DNA from: Acidobacteriota bacterium
GTDB taxonomy: Bacteria; Acidobacteriota; UBA6911; RPQK01; JAJDTT01
Direction of reading: 5' to 3'
Assembly: GCA_965263035.1 (NCBI GenBank)
Contig: OZ253580.1
Span: forward strand, 3,104,001 to 3,168,000
DNA: 64,000 bases
The notes under the pieces were generated by a model, which had not been told where the DNA came from, searched no databases, and saw nothing but the letters and a program-made list of their open reading frames with translations. A program made the translations under genes and the position numbers. This document shows, piece after piece, positions 59,143-64,000 of this stretch; the stretch's first letter is position 1; every line of letters starts with the position of its first letter.

Positions 59143-59808
59143 TTACGCGGACGCCTCGTCCGCCAAATTCTGCATACGCCGAAACGTCTCGCTCGGAGAG
59201 GGAGTTCCGAAGATGGCCGAGCCGGCCACCAGAATCTCTGCCCCGGCCCGAACCGCATCCTGCGTATTGGCGGGTCCGATTCCGCCGTCGATCTCGATTT
59301 TGACCCGGAGCTTGTTCCGAGCCGCCATCTCTTTCAATTTTCTCATTTTGTCGTAGCTCGTGGCAATGAACCGCTGTCCCGAGAAACCGGGGTTCACCGA
59401 CATGATCATGACGTGGTGGCACTTGGGGAGGATCTCCTCCAGGACTCCGACCGGCGTGTGGGGGTTCAGGCCCACTCCCGGTTGGGCCCCCTTTTCGCGG
59501 ATACTATCCATTAGACGGTCCAAATGGAGAACTGTTTCATACTGGACGCTCAAATAGTCCGCTCCGGCGTCGATGAACGCGTCGGCCATCTCTTCGGGGT
59601 TGGAGATCATGAGGTGGACATCCAGGACGAGGTCGGTCTGCTTGCGCACCGCCTCGATCACCGGCAGACCGAAGCTCAGGTTGGGGACGAAATGTCCATC
59701 CATGACGTCCAGATGCAGGATCCGGGCTCCTGCCTGCTCCATTTCCCTGACGGAACCTCCCAGGTCGAGAAAGTCGGCCGAGAGTAGAGACGGGGCGATC
59801 CAAGGCAT
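59143..59808 (-). CDS. rpe: Ribulose-phosphate 3-epimerase
   Basis: IAPSLLSADF, HLDVMDGHFVPN, MSVNPGF.GQ, IDGG. Confidence 0.97.
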   Translation of the reverse strand: MPWIAPSLLSADFLDLGGSVREMEQAGARILHLDVMDGHFVPNLSFGLPVIEAVRKQTDLVLDVHLMISNPEEMADAFIDAGADYLSVQYETVLHLDRLMDSIREKGAQPGVGLNPHTPVGVLEEILPKCHHVMIMSVNPGFSGQRFIATSYDKMRKLKEMAARNKLRVKIEIDGGIGPANTQDAVRAGAEILVAGSAIFGTPSPSETFRRMQNLADEASA

Positions 59809-60566
59809 CAGCTGGCGACCTCCAGAATGATGGTATCGTTTTCCTTCAACATGTTTCCCGGCTCGGGGTATTGACGGACCACCTTGCCCCGAGTCCTGCT
59901 GGCCCCTCTGGTGTAATTGACCTTTGGTGACTCGAAGCCGTTCTTCCGAATGAGGGATCGGACCCGGTTCAGATCCAGGTCCCTGAAATCAGGCATGATG
60001 TAACGCTGGACCTGCTTTTTGCCCACCAGGACATCGACCCGGGCCGTGAGGACTTCCGTGGACTCCGGACTGGGGACTTGACGGATGATCTGGTCCGACC
60101 CAACGTCGGAGAGGAAGATCTCGCTGATGTGACCTATCTCGTAGCCGGACTGTTGCGACATCAGGCGGGCGACCCGCTGTGTGGACCCGATGAGATCGGG
60201 GACCGGATTGTGTTGGACTCCCAGGCTCACCATCACCCGGACTCGACCGTTGGCCTTGATGCGGACACCGGGAGTGGGAATCTGAGAGACGACGGCACCG
60301 TTGGGAATCGACGCGTCGTAGACTTCTCCCGCCACCGCCATGCCCAGACCGACCGCTTCCAGCTGTTCTCTTGCCTGCTCCATGTCGACTCGGACGACGG
60401 ACGGGACCACGACTTCCGTCGCCCGCGTCGCCATACGCATGCTGATGTTCAGGCTGAGCAGGAAGACGACCATCAGGACGCCGGCCAACAGGACCAGCTT
60501 GACCAAGGTCACGAACGGATTGCGCCGTTTTCCCGAAGCTTTCTTTACCCGTTTCCTGGAGGCCAT
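59808..60566 (-). CDS. Membrane-anchored triple PASTA domain protein
   Basis: TM helix then three VPxxxG...Q.P.PG repeats. Confidence 0.88.
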   Translation of the reverse strand: MASRKRVKKASGKRRNPFVTLVKLVLLAGVLMVVFLLSLNISMRMATRATEVVVPSVVRVDMEQAREQLEAVGLGMAVAGEVYDASIPNGAVVSQIPTPGVRIKANGRVRVMVSLGVQHNPVPDLIGSTQRVARLMSQQSGYEIGHISEIFLSDVGSDQIIRQVPSPESTEVLTARVDVLVGKKQVQRYIMPDFRDLDLNRVRSLIRKNGFESPKVNYTRGASRTRGKVVRQYPEPGNMLKENDTIILEVAS

Positions 60567-60635
60567 TCCCGTTACTGCCTGCGGATGAAACACGCTACCA
60601 CAACGCCAGGGGTGACTCCAAGCTCAGGAACTGCG

Positions 60636-60745
60636 GTGGGAGCGGCGGCTTTCTTGCCGCCGAACTCCGAAGTGACGAGCGTGGGAGCGGGGGTTTTCAG
60701 ACCCCGATTCCGGGCGGCGTGGGGGGGACTGAGAGTCCCTGTCCT
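60636..60745. repeat. REP cluster (family C) overlapping the rsmB 3' end
   Basis: GTGGGAGCGGCGGCTTTCTTGCCGCCGAACTCCG and GTGGGAGCGGGGGTTTTCAGACCCCGATTCCG; similar to 47627 and 17046. Confidence 0.75.
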
Positions 60746-62007
60746 TTCCGAACCAGGCAGGCGGCGAAGAAGGCCTCGCATTTCAGGAAGTCCGTCGCCG
60801 GCTGCGGCAGCAACTTGGCCTCCGGTTCCAAGTCGAGCAGATTCTCAACCACCCCATGGTTCTCCTCCGGCTCGGTGGAACAGGTGGCGTAGATCAGCTG
60901 CCCCCCGGGACGCAGCATTCGAAAACTGCTCCGTAAGAGGGAAAGCTGAATCCGTGCCATTCGTTGGACGTCCTCCTCGGCAAGCCTCCACCGAATGTCC
61001 GGATTGGCTCGCAAGGTGGCGGTCCCGGTGCAGGGGACATCCAACAGGATGAAGTCGAAGGGTATCCGGAAGGGGGGGGTGGCCAGATCGGCCTGCACGG
61101 CCCGGAGTTGTGGGATCCGGTACAGGTCGGCTCTGGCTCTCATCTGACGTAGACGGGGAAGACTGAGATCGCAACAGAAAACACGGGCATCGGATCGTTT
61201 GCGGACGTGAAGGATGAAGGATTTCCCCCCCGGAGCCGCACAGAAATCACCTAGAATCCGGCACCCGCTGAGGTCCCCCAGTTGGGCGACCTCCTGACTG
61301 GCCGGACTCATCAGGAAGCAGTGGCCCCGGCGGTACAGGGGGTGGCGGACGAATGACCTGGAGTTCACTCTGACGCAATGGGGAAGGCGGGGATGAAGTT
61401 GAAAGGGAACTCCTTCATGGTCCAACCGCCGGCAGAATTTCTCCCGCGTCGTACGGAATGGATTGACCCAGAGATACAGCAGCGGTGGGCGGTTGTTTCT
61501 CTCCAGGATCGTCCGGGTTCCCTCGGAGCCGTATCTTGAGAGGTACCGGCGCACGAGCCATTCGGGGTGACTGTAAAGGATGGACAGGCTCAGGGCGTCG
61601 TCGGGATCCGGAGAAGCGGGCCGGTTCCGAAGAAAGCCGCGGAGGACGGCGTTGACCAGGGGTCCGGCGGAGGACTTGCGGAGTTCCCTGCAGAGCCGGA
61701 CCGACTCGTGAACCGCGGCCCGCTCCGGAATCCTCAGATAGTTGAGTTGAAACAGGCCTACACGCAGTATCTGGAGCACTTCCGGATCCAAGCGGGAACG
61801 GGGACGCTCCAGCAACGCATCCAGCTGAAAGTCCAGCAGGGACCGGTTTCGCAGGACGCCGTAGACCAGTTCCGTCGCAAGTCGTCTGTCTCGCTCTGGC
61901 AGAGAGCCGAAATCGGAAGATTCGAAGCGGGCGTCCAGGGAGATTCGCCGGTCGTCCTCACTGTCCAGGAGCACCCGCAGGGCCACATTCCTGGCGGCGC
62001 GTTTCAC
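60697..62007 (-). CDS. rsmB: 16S rRNA m5C967 methyltransferase RsmB
   Basis: NusB-like N-domain, SHPEW, CAAPGGKS, DVPCTG, YATCS..PEEN; GTG at 62007 with GGAG RBS. Confidence 0.92.
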   Translation of the reverse strand: MKRAARNVALRVLLDSEDDRRISLDARFESSDFGSLPERDRRLATELVYGVLRNRSLLDFQLDALLERPRSRLDPEVLQILRVGLFQLNYLRIPERAAVHESVRLCRELRKSSAGPLVNAVLRGFLRNRPASPDPDDALSLSILYSHPEWLVRRYLSRYGSEGTRTILERNNRPPLLYLWVNPFRTTREKFCRRLDHEGVPFQLHPRLPHCVRVNSRSFVRHPLYRRGHCFLMSPASQEVAQLGDLSGCRILGDFCAAPGGKSFILHVRKRSDARVFCCDLSLPRLRQMRARADLYRIPQLRAVQADLATPPFRIPFDFILLDVPCTGTATLRANPDIRWRLAEEDVQRMARIQLSLLRSSFRMLRPGGQLIYATCSTEPEENHGVVENLLDLEPEAKLLPQPATDFLKCEAFFAACLVRKGQGLSVPPTPPGIGV

Positions 62008-62079
62008 CCTCAAGCTCCGGTTTGCGGCACGACCGCCCTCTTGTTCCCGCGAGACATCCGAGAAAAACGTGGGGCGTCC

Positions 62080-62178
62080 TGGAGGGGCGGCTTCCAGTGG
62101 TCCATTTCTCCGATCTCCCCCGCGCTCATTCCCCCATGCTCCGTCCTGAGTTCGGCGGTTGGAAACCGCCGTTCCCAT
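62080..62178. repeat. REP doublet (family C) between fmt and rsmB
   Basis: TGGAGGGGCGGCTTCCAGT...GAGTTCGGCGGTTGGAAACCGCCGTTCCCAT resembles the reverse complement of 47627-47700. Confidence 0.72.
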
Positions 62179-62185
62179 CCCTGGT

Positions 62186-63175
62186 TCAGGTCCGGGTGCG
62201 GCCAGGCCGGCCGCCACAAGTTCCCAGACGTTCTCCCGTCCTCAGTTTCATCCCATTGATGAAGTCCCCGGCCCGCAGGCGGCCCCGGTTTGCCAACTGG
62301 AGCTCCAGGAGCTCGAGCGAACTGTTTTCACCACATCCCACTAGCATGGCGCCCTGCTCGGTGGTGCGAATCTGGCCGCTCGGGACCGGGGAGGCGGAGG
62401 GGTGAGGATCGCGGCTTCGCCAGATCTTCAAGCGCTCCCTGCGAAAACAGGTGAAGGTGCCGGGCCGGGGATTGAAGGCGCGGATCTGGTCATGGACCTG
62501 GCCTGCCGACCGGGTCCAGTCGATACGCGCGTCCTCTTTCCGGATGAGAGGGGCGAGAGTCGCTCGCTCATGGTCTTGAGGGCGGCCCTGGAGCCGTCCC
62601 GAGAGGTAGGAGGGAAGGGTTTCGAGCAGGAGTTCGACACCTTGCCGGGAGAGTTGCCGTTCGAGTTCTCCCGAGGTGACGTCGGGTCCGATGGAGGTCC
62701 TGGCTTGAGCCACCACGTCACCCGTATCCATGCCCTCGTCCAACTTCATTATGGTCACCCCGGTCTCCTTCTCTCCATTCAGAATGGCGTGGACCACGGG
62801 GGCGGCGCCGCGGTATCGGGGCAGGAGGGAGGTGTGGACATTGAGACTTCCGAAGGGTGGCCAGGCGAAGAACTCGCGCGGAAGAATCTGACCGAAGGCG
62901 ACGACCACCATGACGCCGGGCCGAACTTGCCGGAGGAATTCCAGAGCCTCGACGTTTCCTCGGATCCTGGCACACTGGAAGATCGGCAGCTTGAGTTGCC
63001 GGGCGGTTATCTTGACGGGCGGCGGCGACAACTTGCGTCCCCTTCCGCTTCTTCGGTCCGGCTGAGTGACGACCCCCACCAGCTCCAGGCCGAGACGGGT
63101 TTGATTCTGAGCCAAGGCCTGGAGGAACGTCCGGGCGAAATCGGGCGTCCCCGCAAACAGGACTCGCATCACCAA
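62186..63175 (-). CDS. fmt: Methionyl-tRNA formyltransferase
   Basis: FAGTPDFA, VTQPDR..GRG, NVHTSLLPRYRGAAP, GMDTGD. Confidence 0.97.
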   Translation of the reverse strand: MVMRVLFAGTPDFARTFLQALAQNQTRLGLELVGVVTQPDRRSGRGRKLSPPPVKITARQLKLPIFQCARIRGNVEALEFLRQVRPGVMVVVAFGQILPREFFAWPPFGSLNVHTSLLPRYRGAAPVVHAILNGEKETGVTIMKLDEGMDTGDVVAQARTSIGPDVTSGELERQLSRQGVELLLETLPSYLSGRLQGRPQDHERATLAPLIRKEDARIDWTRSAGQVHDQIRAFNPRPGTFTCFRRERLKIWRSRDPHPSASPVPSGQIRTTEQGAMLVGCGENSSLELLELQLANRGRLRAGDFINGMKLRTGERLGTCGGRPGRTRT

Positions 63176-63678
63176 TCCCCGGAGCGGATCAGCTTGCGGA
63201 TCTTGCGCTTGATCAGGTCTCGTTTGAAGAAGGAAATCCGGTCCAGATAGAGGATCCCTTCCAGGTGGTCCACCTCATGGCAGAGAACTCGAGCCAGAAG
63301 GTCGTCGGCCTCCATTTCAAACCGATTCCCCCGCGTGTCCTGTCCGGCGATTCGAATCCACTGCGGCCGAACCACGATGGCGGTGAACCCGGGGATGCTG
63401 AGGCACCCCTCCTCCCTCTTCTGCTCCCCCTCCTGTTCGAGGATCTCCGGATTGACCAGAATGATCTGGTTCCCTTTCTCTTCTCCAGCACTGATGTCCA
63501 CGACCAGGAGCCGGAGGTGTACCCCCATCTGCGGAGCCGCCAAGCCGATCCCCGGGGCGGCGTACATGGTCTCCAGCATGTCCTGAGCCAGATCTCGCAA
63601 CTTCCGGTCGAAATTCTCGACCGGTTCACTCTTGCGCTGAAGCTCAGGAGCTCCGAGCTTGAGGATGGGTCTGATCAT
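63169..63678 (-). CDS. def: Peptide deformylase
   Basis: GIGLAAPQ, EGCLS, HEVDH. Confidence 0.98.
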   Translation of the reverse strand: MIRPILKLGAPELQRKSEPVENFDRKLRDLAQDMLETMYAAPGIGLAAPQMGVHLRLLVVDISAGEEKGNQIILVNPEILEQEGEQKREEGCLSIPGFTAIVVRPQWIRIAGQDTRGNRFEMEADDLLARVLCHEVDHLEGILYLDRISFFKRDLIKRKIRKLIRSGDW

Positions 63679-63705
63679 GCCGAGATCCAGGAAATCCAGG
63701 CGAGG

Positions 63706-64000
63706 TCACATTTCCCGCACCCGCTGACGATAGCTTGCCAGGTTGTGCTTGAGTTCCGATAGGGTGTCGCCCCCGAATTTCTCCTGAACGGCCTGGGCCA
63801 GCACGATGGCCACCATGGCTTCGCCTACCACCCCGGCCGCCGGAACAACACAGGTGTCGGACCGCTCGTACTGGGCCTTGAAGGGCTGCTTCGTCTCGAG
63901 GTTCACCGACATCAGAGGCCGCTTCAGGGTCGCGATGGGCTTGACCATGGCGCGAACGATGATCTCCTGACCGTTGGAAGTCCCTCCTTCAATACCGCCG
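63706..64000 (-). CDS. aroC: Chorismate synthase, 3' part (runs off the window)
   Basis: GGIEGG.SNG, KPIATL, ERSD.C.VP, KFGGD. Confidence 0.95.
   Translation of the reverse strand, partial: GGIEGGTSNGQEIIVRAMVKPIATLKRPLMSVNLETKQPFKAQYERSDTCVVPAAGVVGEAMVAIVLAQAVQEKFGGDTLSELKHNLASYRQRVREM

Noticed and set aside
62008-62217. N-terminal extension of RsmB
   Set aside because: It crosses a REP doublet; a GTG with a GGAG RBS at 62007 matches the usual start.

Overview
GC-rich bacterial window. Gene content (Acidobacteria-type VWA protein, FG-GAP and PQQ beta-propellers, many Tat-exported enzymes, secreted ankyrin proteins) suggests an Acidobacteriota genome, possibly host- or sponge-associated; this is inference. 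Housekeeping content: a complete moxR/bat operon (7277-16268), tRNA-Cys, bioF-bioD-bioA, an infA with a long Arg-rich N-tail, thyA-folA, and a long minus-strand run aroC-def-fmt-rsmB-PASTA-rpe-bamD-valS-nadC-birA-ftsY. Two accessory or decaying zones lie at about 23.9-27.5 kb (next to tRNA-Cys) and 34.8-42 kb. The most striking signal outside the gene list is a set of at least five families of small non-coding repeats, with no transposase in the window. (A) A 161-bp highly foldable TIR element with TA duplication: three full copies plus a 39-bp ends-only copy. One copy splits an amidohydrolase gene and one is nested in element B. (B) A ~160-bp TIR element with an ERIC-like core and a 4-bp duplication that rewrote an aminotransferase C-terminus. 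(C) REP doublets, two of which bracket rsmB. (D) A 28-bp direct repeat bracketing a sialidase-like gene. (E) A purine-tract repeat placed right after stop codons. Protein-level oddities include an alpha/alpha-barrel fused to a c-type heme domain and a chimeric secreted hydrolase with an internal lipobox. No CRISPR array or rRNA was seen. All product calls come from motif recognition by eye; no database search was run.
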